DNA of 64,000 nucleotides from Felis catus (lineage: Eukaryota), in contig NC_058383.1 in assembly GCF_018350175.1 (NCBI RefSeq), forward strand, positions 2,170,001 through 2,234,000, written 5' to 3'. Shown here in pieces: positions 50,801 through 62,268 of this stretch. Position numbers and translations under genes: made by a program. The notes under the pieces are model-generated. The model did no database searches and was not told where the DNA came from. It was given only the letters and a program-made list of their open reading frames with translations. Positions within the stretch are counted from its first letter, which is position 1. Every line of letters begins with the position of its first letter.

Positions 50801-53800
50801 TCCGTAGCCACACGTCCAGCCTTGTGACATCTTTCATGTCTGCAGAAACGTGTTGCTAATAAATAGATTTCAGGTAGGTCTTCATCCACCTCCCTAAACC
50901 TGGGGCGGGGGCAGTGCTCCCCCGGGGAGCTCCCCTGGGAGGCGGCCCCTTCAACCTAGGCTGCACTCCCTGAGCTCAGTAACACGTGTGCGTGACCGCC
51001 AGGTTCACCGGCTTTTCCTTTCCTTGGTTTTCTGGCCTAAGACACTGACAGCAACGGGACTCTGATTAAAGGAAACCGATGTCTCGCTTGGTTTTGGAGA
51101 TGAAAAGAATTGCTACTTTGATCATTGAAATAAACTTGGTATCTACCACACTGGAGGGTCCAGATTCATGGTCTGCAATAAAAATCAACATACTGGCCTG
51201 TTCTCACCGATGGAGACACCCGTGCTGGAGAATGCTCTCGCAGAGGCTGAAACTTAAAAGCTGAAACTGCCCTGGGTCCAAGGTGCCCGGCCCGCCGTGC
51301 AAGCACCAGTGCCCCCGAGCCCGTCGGCCACTGTCACCAGCGCCTCCCGGCTAGCCCGGGTCCTCCTGCTACCTCACCTCAGGGGGGCTTGTCTCCTTCC
51401 CCAGTCCTAACGCACCCCACATCTCTGCTCTTCTGGGGCCAGATAACATCTGTCATCGTGTGACCTGTCCGTGCCTGTGCTGCTTACACTTACCTCTGAC
51501 CTCCAACCTGCCGTTTGCCTCACGCACCTTCGACACCTGGACATGTGTGACATTTGGTGGCAGGCACTTGGCCCCCCCCCCCCCGACCGCCCGCCCCGGG
51601 GTCAGGCCTGCTCTCTGTCTTAGCCTGAAGCTCACACTAAACACGCAGGGTTGGGGACAGGATGTCCTCACCAGATATCCCTCCTTCCCCTGTAGGGCCT
51701 CCTCATACTCCTCACCTGCTAACAGACAACCCTTCAGTGAATGTGAAATCTGGGAAGGACTTCACTCGTCAGCTCAGCTAAGACTCGGATGCTAGTTCAA
51801 AAAGTCACTTAACTGACGGTTAATTAGTTCAGAACTCTGGACTCAACACACACAATTTATGGGAATCAGCGGTGACAATAAAAGGGAATTGGATTGCCAA
51901 CGTCGGAGCCAGGAAAATCCTGGGGACAGAGACAGCAGAACCGTCACGCGTCCGCCGAGAGCCCCACCATGCCCGGACAGGAAGCTGAGCCCAGCTGAGC
52001 CATACCTCTGGGGTCATTTCCACGGGGTCGTCTTTTTCTTCTCTCTTAATTTCTTCCAGTTCTTGAAACTTCTTGGTAAGTATTTGAATTTCCTCTCTAA
52101 CGTGGGAGGGAAAAGACGCCATCTTACTGGTCACCGTGCTGACACGTGTCTGTGTGACAGCAGCGATGGCCGCCTGTGGAGCTGGCAAGGCCACCTGTCC
52201 CAGGGCGACATGGGGTCTCTGGCTACCACCCCTCCTACACCTCGGGCCGGTCGGGTGCACAGGACTGCGCTCTGCGGTCTGTGGGTCACCTAGATCTGGG
52301 GCCCAGAGAGGGCGGGGACAGAGGACGTCTGGGGCCAGCACCACTTCTGGACCATGGTAAGAGTTCTGAGGCCACGAGGGACAAATGGGCAGGAATTATG
52401 TGTGTGTTTGTTTGTTTTAATTTCTTTATTTCAGATGGGTTTAGGGCGGGGAATCCCAGGCAGGCTCTGAGCTGTCAGCACGGAGCCCGACGCGGGGCTC
52501 GAACTCACAAACCGCGAGAGCGTGACCTGAGCTGAAGTCAGACGCTCAGCCGACTGAGCCACCCTGGCGCCTCCTACTGGGGGCTTTTAACAAACAATGT
52601 GAGTGGAGGAAAATACGATGTGTGCCTTCACTGCAGGCGTCTGAGGCCAAGCAAGAACACCTCTTGCCCGTGCCTGCCCTTTCCGGGTTCCTTTGATCCC
52701 GCCTAGTCAGTTCTCCTGCAAAATATTTTCATTCGTTCCAGTAGTTTGTGTCTGACTTACTATTCTGAGTGCTAGGTATTTCTGCTCAGGGTTCTCACCT
52801 ACGTTTGGGGGGGCATTTTTTTTTTAATTTTTTTTCAACGTTTATTTATTTTTGGGACAGAGAGAGACAGAGCATGAACAGGGGAGGGGCAGAGAGAGAG
52901 GGAGGCACAGAATCGGAAACAGGCTCCAGGCTCCGAGCGGGCAGCCCAGAGCCCGACGCGGGGCTCGAACTCACGGACCGCGAGATCGTGACCTGGCTGA
53001 AGTCGGACGCCTAACCGACTGCGCCACCCAGGAGCCCCAAGGGGGGGCATTTTTTATTGAGGTGAATTTCGTACAACATAAAATTCACTGTGGCCAAGTC
53101 TGCGATGAGGCGGGTTTGAGCACATCCGCAGCATGGTGCCGCCGCGCTAAGAATGCTCCCACCACCCGCGCCCGTCGGCAGCCCCTTCCCGCACCCCCGT
53201 CCCCCAGCCCCTCTCCCTGTATTTGGAATCCTACACCAGGGGGCCTTCCTGTCTGCTTCCTCCACGTGCCACGAGGTTCGTCCCTGCTGTCACACGTGTC
53301 AGAACCTACTCCTTTGTATTCTTTCCTACAAACGTACTCGTTTCCTATCTATTCCTCAGAGACGGGCTTTGGGGCTGTTTCCACTTTCTGGGGACTGTGA
53401 GTAGTGACCCTGAAGGAGCAGGAGGCTCCGTCCTGGGAGTCCTGATGGGGTGACCCCCCACGGTGGCCGCACCGCAGTGAAAGGTGCGTGCCGAGGACCG
53501 GGCGTCACGCCAGGGAGGCAGACGCCGGCCTGATCGCGAAGAGCCCTTCCCCCAGAGTCAGGATTTTTACTCCAAAGGAAAGAGAGCCGCTGCAAGATGT
53601 CAGGGCGCGGGGTGTGGGGATCGGGCTGGGGTTGTATGAGAGCCACTCCGAGAGCTGCGCTGAGGAAAGGCGGGAAACGCTTGGAGTCGTGCGACCTCCA
53701 CAGCCTCTGCCTCTTGTGCACTCACCGCAGAGCCTCCTCTCTTCCTCTTCTCTCCTCCTCCCCTTCCCTCACGCCCTCCAGCTCCTTCTGCAAGGTGGCG

Positions 53801-56800
53801 TTTGTCTGTAGCAGCTGTCTCACTTCCAAACTGAACACACAGAAGAAGAGACGTTTCAGCGTCACAGGAACACCGATCCTCACCCAGCAGGAAGGGCTTT
53901 CAGAAAACATCGCGCAGCCTGACCTCCGTCCCCGTGACGGTGGATGGACGGCAGGGGCACTCGCTCATAGCTACACAGAGCCAGGAACAGACCCGAGAGG
54001 CCCGCCGGCCCGGTGGTGGTTCATCCAGGTATTTACTGGGCGCCTGCTATGTGCCAGCGGCTGTTAGGTGCCCGGGATACCGAAGTGAGCACCATCACAC
54101 GAGCCGCGGGCCTCGCTGTCTCGTGGAGACGGGCGTTATCCCAGCAGTCACCCAATCGGGTATGTCACCCCTCTCTGAGAGGACTGCTGAGGGTCCTGCC
54201 CGTGCCACACGGGGCTGCTGCCTGAGCTGGGGCCCTGAGGACGAGGGGGGTTACCCCGTCACCTCCAACGAAACTGCTGCCCGATGGGCTTTCCTGGGCA
54301 CCACAGGTGGCACGTGGCTCCGAGACAAGACCTCTGTCTGATCTCAGCTCCACTGGTTCCAAGGTTCGTTTAATCTCCACAGGCATCCGAGACACCCTGA
54401 CTGTTTAGCAGAGCCTCTGTCACATAGTAAGGGCTCAGCAAGCGGAAGCTATTATCATGCCGTGTGACGGCTGAAGAGAAAATCGCAGATGTTATTTATC
54501 TTTCAAAATGACTAGCCCCATTTTTGAAACCTCTCATGAAACACTAATTTTTACAAAGGACCTGCCAATTGGCATAGATGCGCCTGGATTGGAGGAGAAC
54601 AAGGGGAGTGTGAAGGGGTTTTCCTCTGCCATAAACAGGCACCAGAGAACTTAGTCAGCTTAGGGAGGCCTTCTCAGACCTAAACATGCCCACGATCACC
54701 AGGGGGCGTCGTTAGACACAGAGTCAGATTCAGGAGATCTGGGTCTGACAAGGTTTTGCGTCTCCAACCAGCCCCCAGGTGGGTGGGGCTGAGTGCCGCA
54801 TCCCTAACCAGCTCCCAGGTGGGCGGGGCGAGGTTCTACATCTCTAACCAGCTCCCGGGTGGGCGGGGCCAAGTGCTGCATCTCTAACCAGCTTCCCAGG
54901 TGGGCGGGGCCAAGGTTCTGCATCGCTAACCAGCTCCCAGGTGATGCTGAGGCTGCTGGTTGCCCAGGCCACACTCTGAGAGATAACCCTCACCTCAGAA
55001 GATGCATGGGTTTGGCTTACTCGTAACACAACTTTGACCAGAGAAGCCACTAGCGGACAGCGGAGAAGACAGGAACATTTTTAGGAGGCTACAACTCAAG
55101 ACACTAGAGAACCAACAGCGAATAAGCAAACTCTGCAGGCTTTTCCTTTCAAACTCTCAGGGTCACACTGAACGCTTCACAGCATGTCTGTCTTACTTGG
55201 TACTTAGACGAGATCCCTTAAACATACTGATTCTAAACCTTAAAGAAAATCTAACTGATGGCCTATCTACCTCACAAATCAATGAAGGTAGATTATTCTC
55301 TAGTGAAGAATTTGGGAACGGCTCTGGAATGGAGTCAAGAGATTTGAACGACACCTCCCCTTCTTTCAATAACGTGATGTGGTCAATTGCTACCTTGTTT
55401 TTACCACTGAAGTGGCTCTTCTCTCACAAACAAGATACAGGACTTTTCAAGCACATGAAACCAGGCCAGCAGTTACTACGAGGAGCTGAGCGTGTCTCCC
55501 GAGTGCGCCAGGATGGCTGGACTCCCGCCGCGACCCTTTCCAGGGCGGAAGGTGCTGGCCGAGCCTTGCAACCTACTCTTTCTCCTGAAGCTGCATCTGC
55601 AGCGCGTCCCGCTCGCCTCTCAGGCTCTGCACCGTCCCCCGAAGACGCTCGCTGTCCTGGTGCCGGTCACATCTCGGCTGCCGGGGCACGGTGGAGCTGG
55701 ACGCAGACTGCACCGGGGCGCTTGACTTGACCTCTTCTGAAGCCTGTGATGTGGGGCTTTCCATCGAACTTATTTGCTGGGGGCAACAAAGGCATTTGTT
55801 AGAAGTTCTTTCTCATTTTCCTTTGCGGTTGTGAAACCCAAGGAAGACCGTGACCAACGGAAACTGGTCCCAGCGCGGGTGTGGGCCAAGCTCTGCGTGT
55901 GACCTCACAAGCCGGGATCGCACCATGTCACTGGAGCCCGGCGGGGAGGTGAAGAGCACCCTGCCCGCAGAGCCCGGCCTGGCACGGTGGGGGCAAGGCG
56001 CCGTTAACAAGATGGAACGGAGGGCACGTGGGAGGCGAGCTCATACGCTTTTCTTTGGGCTCATGGACCCTACCATTTCTTTAGGATTTCTGGAATTTTC
56101 AGCCTCTGTGCTTTTAATCTCACGTGATAGCCCGCTTTTGCAAGCTGAGAGGGACTGACTAAGCGGCTCCAGCTCCCCGGTGATGGTGGGTGTTTCAGCC
56201 GAGAAAGCACCACCCCCTGAGGTTCCACACCACCTCTGGGTGACCACCTTTCCTAACAAGCTTTCTTCTCAAAATACCCACAGTGCATAAAAACTCAGGT
56301 TTTCTGCTGTGTAGATCTGTAGTTACTTGATGCTTCCTTCTAGGTTTACTCCGGTCAGCCAAACCAGGGGACAGCTCTCACCGTTTCACCAGGCCAGTCA
56401 GCAGACGCGGGCCCTTCTGACCCACTCCAAACAAGCGGACTGAGTACTGACCAGAGGAGTGAAATCAAATCTGCAAACCCACGGCAGGTATGAGGAAGGA
56501 TTAATCTCCCCAACTTTCTGATGCTAAACAAAGTTTTCCGACTCAAGTATTCAGGCCGCCTGGTTTCTGGAAGGCCCTAGGACCACCTGCCTCCATCCCT
56601 GGTCACACAAGGAGTCCAAAACCGTGGGCCATGTGACCGTGGCTTGGCCACCTGTGACACCAGGGACAGGAACGACACGACCCGTGGGTCTCGTCCGGAC
56701 CTGCACGGAGTCTGCTCATTCCCATCTGCGTCGCGTGCCATGCGGGGGACAGCCACCATGCATGTGCTGAGAGCATTCTGTGAGCCAAGGGCTCATCTGC

Positions 56801-59800
56801 GTCCCCACTTTATAGGGCGCCGGCTTCTCCTGGCGGTCGGGCGGGTCAAGGACGGGCAGCTGAGAGGCGCACCACTCACTTTTTCCAGCTCCGCGATCCG
56901 TCTCAGCAGCCGGGGCTTACTCCACTCCGTGTAACCTGATGGAAGCAATGGTTTTAAGAGGTGAACTTGGCACAGCCATCCCGATGGCCCCGTCAGCCCC
57001 GACCGCCCACCTCTAGCACAGCCTGTGAGTGTCCCCTTCCGCCGCGCGGCGCCTGGCAGATTCGTGCAGGAAGGGTGCCTCCCAGTGAGGGAGTCCGTGC
57101 CCACACTGTGGAGCTGGCCATGCCGAGGGCCTCCTAAGACCTCAGTGTGACATCCACACCTGATCGTGCGTGCCGGTCCGAGACAGAACTTCTCAAGGCC
57201 ACACACGAGTCCGCGCTGTATCCTCCGCCTTCCTCCCTCCTCCCGGCACTTCCTTCCCTGGCGCTCTGCGCTCCGTCACCGCCACCGCTCACCCTCTGCA
57301 CCCTGCTGCGTCGTACCAGGGGCTGGACCGCAGGCCCTCCTCTGCTCTCCTCACTCACTGGGTGTGCTCAGACCCAGCCCGGCCCTCTGCTGGCTGTTGC
57401 CCCCCATGTGGGCATCTCCTGCTGAGGCCTCTGCCCTGAACTCCCGGATGCACCCACCTCCACTTGGACACCTTTTGCGCACCGCAGACTTGACACGTCC
57501 CCATCCCCAGACCTGCTCCTCTCTCCGTCACCTCCACCTACAGGGACACCCTGTCCTTCCAGCAGCTCAGATAAGAGCTTTGGAAGCCAGCTCCTCCCTT
57601 CTCTGAGGCATCCGGAACCTGGCCACCTGCCACCCCTGTGGTGCCCGGGGTCGCCAGCAGCCCCCATGGGGACGCCACAGAAGCCCTGGTCTTCCCACCC
57701 TCTCTTCTGCACACGGTCCATTCAGCACTCCTCACCTCTGCCCCAGCCCCCAGGGCCCGGGTGTGGCCTTCACAGCCTGGCCCCACGACTTCCTTCCGCC
57801 ATCATCGCCACCACCCTCCCACTGCCTACGTATGCTGGGCACACTGGCCGTGGGCATGGCTGTCCCCGAAGACCCTACTCGCAGGTGCACGCCACTGCCC
57901 CCGACACCTGCTGTCCTTCCTATTTCGCTCCGTGGCACTTCCTGCCACCAGACCCATGACTGACCTGCTGGCTTCTCCCTCCCAGTACGATGTGGCCTCC
58001 ACGAGGGATGTCTGCTTTTGTCTAGTGCCCTCCCCAACTACCTGCAAGGGTGCTTGGCTCACAGCAGGTGCTCCTTAGATCTCGGAGTCAATTTTGGTGT
58101 TGCCCAGCAGTACGCATCTGCATTTCTGGCAACTGAAATAGGGGCGTGGGGTTGCCAGATTCTCCCGCGTTTTGCCACCTGCGTCCTTCCTCAAAGAACC
58201 CGAGACACGGCCTCTCCTCGAGCGCCCCTCCGCGGGTGGCTCCCGGGCCAGTACCCTTCGTGGTGGAGACGGTGGGGGAGTTGCTCAGCACACGGTCCAG
58301 GTCTTCCTTCAGGCTTTGGTTCTCCTCCGTGAGCTCCTGGACGCTCCGGGACAAGCTCAGGAGGGCGCTGCTCACTTTCTTCGGCCTCTTGACGCTCAGT
58401 CTCTTCTCCCCCGGAGTCCTGGGAACAGCAAAGCCAAGGGCTAGGTTTGGGTTTCTAAACCCGCTGGATAAATGCCTTCAAGGGGGGCAGCCACACGGCA
58501 CCTGTGGGTGCCTGTCTGTGGCTCAGAGTGCTCTCTGCAGATATCTGCAGTGGAACAGGGAACCCTGACACTTAACTACAAGGAAGCAAAGTGCTGTCCC
58601 CCAAACAGAAATCTGTGCTCATCCATCAACCTGCAGAACAAAACACTGTATTCGATACTAGTAATATATTTTAAATCGTATCACGAAAACGTTTGTGGGA
58701 ACTCACGTTCTCTCTCGTTACGTAAATAGCCGTACAATAGCTTGATTTGCCTCTTATCCTACAGAGTCTAAAATACAGTCGGTCCTCATTGTTCAGATTC
58801 TGTATTTGCAAATTTGCATTCTTGCTCACACTTAACGTGTGACCCCTTCACAGTACAGGGCCACGGGCTGGGTGGTGGACAGCCTGAGGGCCAAGTTCCC
58901 GGGGGTGGGGGGCAGGAGTGGGGAGGCAGGGGCGGGGGGGCGGTGGCTGGGGGGGGGCAGGCACCCGGCTTGGCTCTCACTGCCACCCTCGGGCTGTCCA
59001 CAGGCGGCACCTTCACAGCCTGTTGAGTACATGCTTTTCACACCTGGGTGCTTTCGTTGGTGAGTTCAGGGTTTAAAGCAGTCCCCTTCACAGCGCTCAG
59101 GGGCTGCCCCATGTTCCTGCCGGGGCTCAGGAGAAGGCTGCGATGGGCCTCGAGGAAGCCCGTGTGTGAGGTGCTGGCTGACACGTGAATGCACAGACAC
59201 GCTAGCGGAAACAGGCTGTGTGCTGACCAGTGGGTGACGGTCCTGCGGCCCAAGGCACCTGCTGCAGGAGCCTACGCGGCACGCGCCCCGGGGGCGATGG
59301 CTTAGCAGATGCGCCCATTCCGTGTGTGCGGACGCTTTACGGGGCACGCCTGCTTCAAAGAGCAAAGCAGCGGCTGTCCTGTACGGAGAAAGTCTGCCAG
59401 CCCCGAAAAGAAGGAAGGGAAGGCCGTGCCTGGCTCAGGGCGAATGCCTGGTTTGAGTTCGCAGCTCAGTGCCGAGGCAGTGACATGACCAAATCTGTGA
59501 AAAGGGAATCTTCGAGACGGGGAACCCCTGATGTCTCTAATAAACTTCTTGGGGGGAGATAGACTTGTACTTGGCATTAAACGCCTTCTTAATAAGGAAG
59601 TCCTGCTTGGAACAACAGCGCTTTCTAATTCTAAGCTGAAGGCTTTTACATAGCAGGAATTAAGGACTCAGAGCATGGGGAGGTGAACATGCGGTTAGGA
59701 GCCAGCACGTGGCTGTGCGTCACCGTCCCAGATGGAAACCGTTAACAGACTGATGCAGGTGCGTGCACTGCTCCAAAGAGAAGGGCAGTGCACGCGGTTC

Positions 59801-61200
59801 CCGCGTCATGTCTGCGCTACTTTCGGGACCAAACGTGAAACACGGTTCCCGAGGAGATGATCATACTTCTTTCCCGTGGTCTCGGAGCTCGCCAAGAGAG
59901 TCTGGAGACGATGAATCTGCAAACGCCAAATTAAAATACGTTACGGCACAAAACGAGCACGAAGGAGAACGTGCTCTGAAAAAGTTGTGATCGGGTTCCT
60001 GGTTTCTGCCTAAGTTGCTGGGATTCACGTTCAAGCTGAGACGGAACGGAAGCGCAGGGTGCCAGGCGTGGCCGGCGACCGCCCAGGTCACTGACTTCCC
60101 CTCCCCGAAGGGCACGCACCTCCTCGTAGTACGTCTCCATGGCGATTCTCATCTCCTCCAAGTTAGTGGTCTTCATATCAGTCTGCAGTTTGCTAGAAAC
60201 CCAGTTCACAGTTAGTAGGGCAGCGCCGGCCCCCCCGGGGCAGAGCAAGGGCAAGAGCGCTTCCCAGGACGTCAGCGGAAGAAGGGCTTGGCAGAAGAGA
60301 AGCGGGCTGGGCGGAGACCCACGGAGAGTCCTCGCAGCCATGGGCCCCCTTCTGTGCAGAAGCAGACTCCCTAAAGCTCTTCCTCACTAACGGGGGGGCT
60401 GTCGTGGAAGAAGCGGGGTACCCGTGAAGCCTGGGGCGAGGACAGCCGCCTCTGGGGGCGGTGGGAGGCTCCTTCTGTGAGGAAGGAGCGCCACCCCTGA
60501 CCCGTATTGCCAGCACCCCCCACTCAGCATCCAACAGACTTCAGATAAAAAGCTCTAGCAAATCAAGGTGCGGAGTTCAGGGTGCCGAAATACAGAAGAA
60601 ATCAGCAAATAATACAGATTTTTACAGGGGACGATTTCAGCAGAGGAACAGAGAAGGGACGCAGGGAGAGAAAGCGGAAGGGGACTCGGGCGCCTCCAGG
60701 CAGGACTCTGCTCCGCACGGCACCACCGGGACCACACGGGACCAGGGCAGGCCGCTGCGGTGCCAGCGCCCACGGACCCACAGGGAGATGGCACGCGGTC
60801 CACACCAGACCGAGGACAGAGAGCAGGGCTCAGATGCAACGGGAACAGGAAAAGATGAAAGGGAGACGCTGTTCGGGTGATGTTTGAAGAGGCAGTGAAC
60901 ACTTCCTTTCATAGTTTTGGGACAAGGGACGTGGGACGGAGGGTGGCGGGTGGGGACTGGGGGTGCAGTCCCAGCAGACAGAGCAGACACCGCTGCCGGG
61001 CACGAGGGGAGGCGAGCGGGCACGCGGGCTGGCCGCAGGCGGCCTCGCCAGGGCCCGGCCGCGGAGACCCTGCGGAGCCCGCTCCCCCCCCGGCCCACCC
61101 CCCCCCCGCCCGCCCGCGCGTGCCCGTACTTGATCGTGTTGTCCTTCTCCTTGCACTGCTGCTCCAGCCTCAGAATCCTCTGCTTTAGCCCGTTAACGAC
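40161..61200 (-). CDS. IQCE: IQ domain-containing protein E, spliced CDS, 3' part (5' exons beyond right edge); 15 exons here including one extra candidate exon
   Basis: GT-AG exons splice into one frame of 1554 nt including TAG (1455 without the 99-nt exon). It encodes the coiled coil VVNGLKQRILRLEQQCKEKD...KLQTDMKTTNLEEMRIAMETYYEE, three IQ-like motifs (ILQSRWRVY, VLQAAFRGHLAR, AIQSVLRAHLAR) and C-terminal SDDSDEIVVAP, matching IQCE as I recall it. Adjacency to TTYH3 agrees with known synteny. Confidence 0.95.
41378..41476 (-). CDS. IQCE: Candidate extra/cassette IQCE exon (GQEDSEASGGETAEGPAAEDEAPGNPAALQPRC)
   Basis: Acceptor gtgtcgtttcag|GT, consensus donor G|GTGAGT, 99 nt, phase 1-1, no stops, acidic peptide. 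Confidence 0.65.
42392..42495 (-). CDS. IQCE: IQCE exon (SAAGQRAVAAAPRRRQPAPAAHSQLSSPPCPAPSP)
   Basis: Acceptor ctctctcttgcag|C, donor G|GTAACG, 104 nt, phase 2 to phase 1 as required. Confidence 0.85.
43408..43529 (-). CDS. IQCE: IQCE exon with IQ motif (DPPSPRVPSP...EEAITAIQSVLRAHLARVRR)
   Basis: Acceptor tttgccgcag|GAC, donor AG|GTAAGT, 122 nt. Confidence 0.93.
43949..44059 (-). CDS. IQCE: IQCE exon with IQ motif (AAVVLQAAFRGHLARVKLLSSQSSQACASEPPSPPRQ)
   Basis: Acceptor ccctgccag|GCG, donor CAG|GTAACC, 111 nt. Confidence 0.94.
44416..44620 (+). mobile_element. CAN-SINE
   Basis: ggggcgcctgggtggctctgtcggttgagcgtccgacttcagctcag head, A-rich tail. Confidence 0.9.
44985..45204 (+). mobile_element. 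Young felid SINE (SINEC_Fc-like) with perfect 17-bp TSD
   Basis: Intact head with CpGs retained, pure poly-A tail, TSD aagaaacaggccccaca at 44968-44984 and 45205-45221. Confidence 0.95.
45224..45437 (+). mobile_element. CAN-SINE (older), immediately downstream of the young SINE
   Basis: gggcacctgggggggctcagtgggttaagcgtccgacttcgactcaggtcatgatctc head, (CT)n, A tail. Confidence 0.92.
45745..46300 (-). mobile_element. L2 LINE fragment
   Basis: cattcacccacttattgcacagatttgccgaatgcctaccatatggcaggc, ggaagagccttctaggcagaggggcagcaagtacaaaggccctgtggcagga. Confidence 0.6.
46879..46902 (-). CDS. IQCE: IQCE 24-nt microexon (KKKAVLDE)
   Basis: Acceptor ctttattccag|AAA, consensus donor GAG|GTAAGC; supplies the linker between IQ motifs expected from IQCE. 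Confidence 0.9.
47721..47868. repeat. Compound polypurine tetranucleotide microsatellite (GGGA)n(GGAA)n(GAAA)n
   Basis: ~145 bp of pure purines on the + strand. Confidence 0.95.
48147..48331 (+). mobile_element. CAN-SINE
   Basis: gggcacctgggtggctc head, gtcgtgatctcactgttcgtgggatcgagccccacgtcgggctctg, (CT)n and A tail. Confidence 0.88.
50513..50683 (-). CDS. IQCE: IQCE exon with first IQ-like motif (TPEEPRP...RRDTAARILQSRWRVYRHQ)
   Basis: Acceptor ttcctgcag|ACC, donor CAG|GTGAGA, 171 nt. Confidence 0.93.
52006..52096 (-). CDS. IQCE: IQCE exon (REEIQILTKKFQELEEIKREEKDDPVEMTPE)
   Basis: Acceptor cacgttag|A, donor GAG|GTATGG, 91 nt. Confidence 0.92.
52415..52573 (-). mobile_element. CAN-SINE, partially deleted
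   Basis: gagcccgacgcggggctcgaactcacaaaccgcgagagcgtgacctgagctgaagtcagacgctcagccgactgagccaccctggcgcc. Confidence 0.85.
52816..53038 (-). mobile_element. Young felid SINE (SINEC_Fc-like) with TSD
   Basis: Full length, CpG-rich; flanked by gggggggcattttt at 52807 and 53041. Confidence 0.95.
53050..53405 (-). mobile_element. L1 3' end fragment (L1M-type)
   Basis: tttttattgaggtgaatttcgtacaacataaaattcac...gacgggctttggggctgtttccactttctggggactgtgagtagtg. Confidence 0.6.
53726..53830 (-). CDS. IQCE: IQCE exon (DLEVRQLLQTNATLQKELEGVREGEEERRGREEAL)
   Basis: Acceptor tgttcag|T, donor CG|GTGAGT, 105 nt. Confidence 0.93.
54668..54982 (+). mobile_element. MER5A-like hAT DNA transposon relic with an internal 40-bp tandem expansion
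   Basis: MER5A-type end gcatctctaaccagctcccaggtgatgctgaggctgctggt...ccacactctgag; the gcatctctaaccagctcccaggtgggcggggcc unit occurs ~4.6 times. Confidence 0.7.
55577..55776 (-). CDS. IQCE: IQCE exon (QISSMESPTSQASEEVK...ERLRGTVQSLRGERDALQMQLQEK)
   Basis: Acceptor cccccag|CAA, donor GA|GTAGGT, 200 nt, frame-consistent. Confidence 0.9.
56880..56935 (-). CDS. IQCE: IQCE exon (GYTEWSKPRLLRRIAELEK)
   Basis: Acceptor ccatcag|GT, donor AAA|GTGAGT, 56 nt. Confidence 0.95.
58255..58418 (-). CDS. IQCE: IQCE exon (KTPGEKRLSVKRPKKVSSALLSLSRSVQELTEENQSLKEDLDRVLSNSPTVSTTK)
   Basis: Acceptor ttcccag|G, donor G|GTACTG, 164 nt. Confidence 0.93.
58775..59382 (+). mobile_element. Tigger-family DNA transposon relic (MER82/MER44-like)
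   Basis: Starts TA-cagtcggtcctcattgttcagattctgtatttgcaaatttgc; internal agaaggctgcgatgggcctcgagg and gaaacaggctgtgtgctgaccagtgg. Confidence 0.55.
59867..59916 (-). CDS. IQCE: IQCE exon (IHRLQTLLASSETTGK)
   Basis: Acceptor tttgcag|ATT, donor AA|GTATGA, 50 nt; absent from the ORF track, read manually. Confidence 0.93.
60120..60192 (-). CDS. IQCE: IQCE exon (NKLQTDMKTTNLEEMRIAMETYYEE)
   Basis: Acceptor tttctag|C, donor GAG|GTGCGT, 73 nt. Confidence 0.95.
61130..61200 (-). CDS. IQCE: IQCE exon (VVNGLKQRILRLEQQCKEKDNTI)
   Basis: Acceptor tggcag|GTC, donor AA|GTACGG, 71 nt. Confidence 0.93.
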
Positions 61201-62268
61201 CTGCCAGTCGAACACGCGCACATCAAGTCGACTGCTTCCGCAGTCCACGAGCTGCCCCTCCCTCCTGTCCCCAGGCTGGGCTAGGCGTCCCCTGCCCGCT
61301 GATCCTGCCCCACTTGGTCGCCGGCTTCTCCCGTAGTCCCTAGGCGCGGCAAAGAAAGGGCCCGACTGTCCGGCTCTCGGCGCAGGGCGGGGCGGGGGCA
61401 GGGCGGGGCAGGTGCAGAGCCTCCCCCCCCCCCGCCACGTTCCACACTCGGAACACACGGATGCACCGCCATCACCAGATTCAAAGGACAACTGTGTCCA
61501 CGGTATCCCCTTGGGAGCGAGCAGAGCTGACCCCCCACGACCCTGAGCTTCACTCTGGGGCACGGAAGACCGCGTGCGTCTCGTTGTTCCTTCTCTCTGC
61601 CAACCCGTCACTGTGGGGGACAGCACCCTTGCGCTCCTGAAAGAATATCCCCTTCTTTCCTTCTGGCTACCCAAACACCTTCCCAGTTGGATTTTAAACT
61701 AATTTTCAATTACGTTCGGTAATACATGAATACATCTTCTTGAGGGAAAATGAGAACATATATCAGACTACGGCCCTTGACCTTAACCCCCCTCACCTAA
61801 TACTGTCATCAAGCGAATTTGTGTCCCCTAGACCTTGTGTCGTGCATGTGCACCCACTGACATTACAGCATCCTACCGCACAGGCGGCCACGTGGTTTTC
61901 TCATGCCACGAATGGTCCTGCTGGACCATCCCTGTGGGGCCGCACCCCTACGTGACTCCTGCCCGGTACAGTCAGACGGTGTGGACACCCATTCCTCGAT
62001 CGATGAGGCTTAAATTGCTATTTACGATCAAGACTTCAGTAGAAATCATCCTTCTTATGCACACGTGCAGACGTTTCTTGAAGGGCGATGCTCACCAGCC
62101 CAGTGCTCACCAGCAGTGCTCACCGGCACCTTGCTCACCAGCACAGCGTTCAGTCACAGGACACGGCAACTCCGAAGGGCGATTTGGCAGCGGGTGTTAA
62201 GGTGGAAACTGCACACACCCAAGGATCTAGAATTTCTACTTTCAATCAACTTTAATTTTAAAAAAGCC

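Noticed and set aside
54758..54943. Regular ~40-bp repeats considered as a CRISPR-like array
   Set aside because: Units are contiguous with no unique spacers, there are no cas genes, and the context is a mammalian intron. It is a minisatellite within a MER5-like element.
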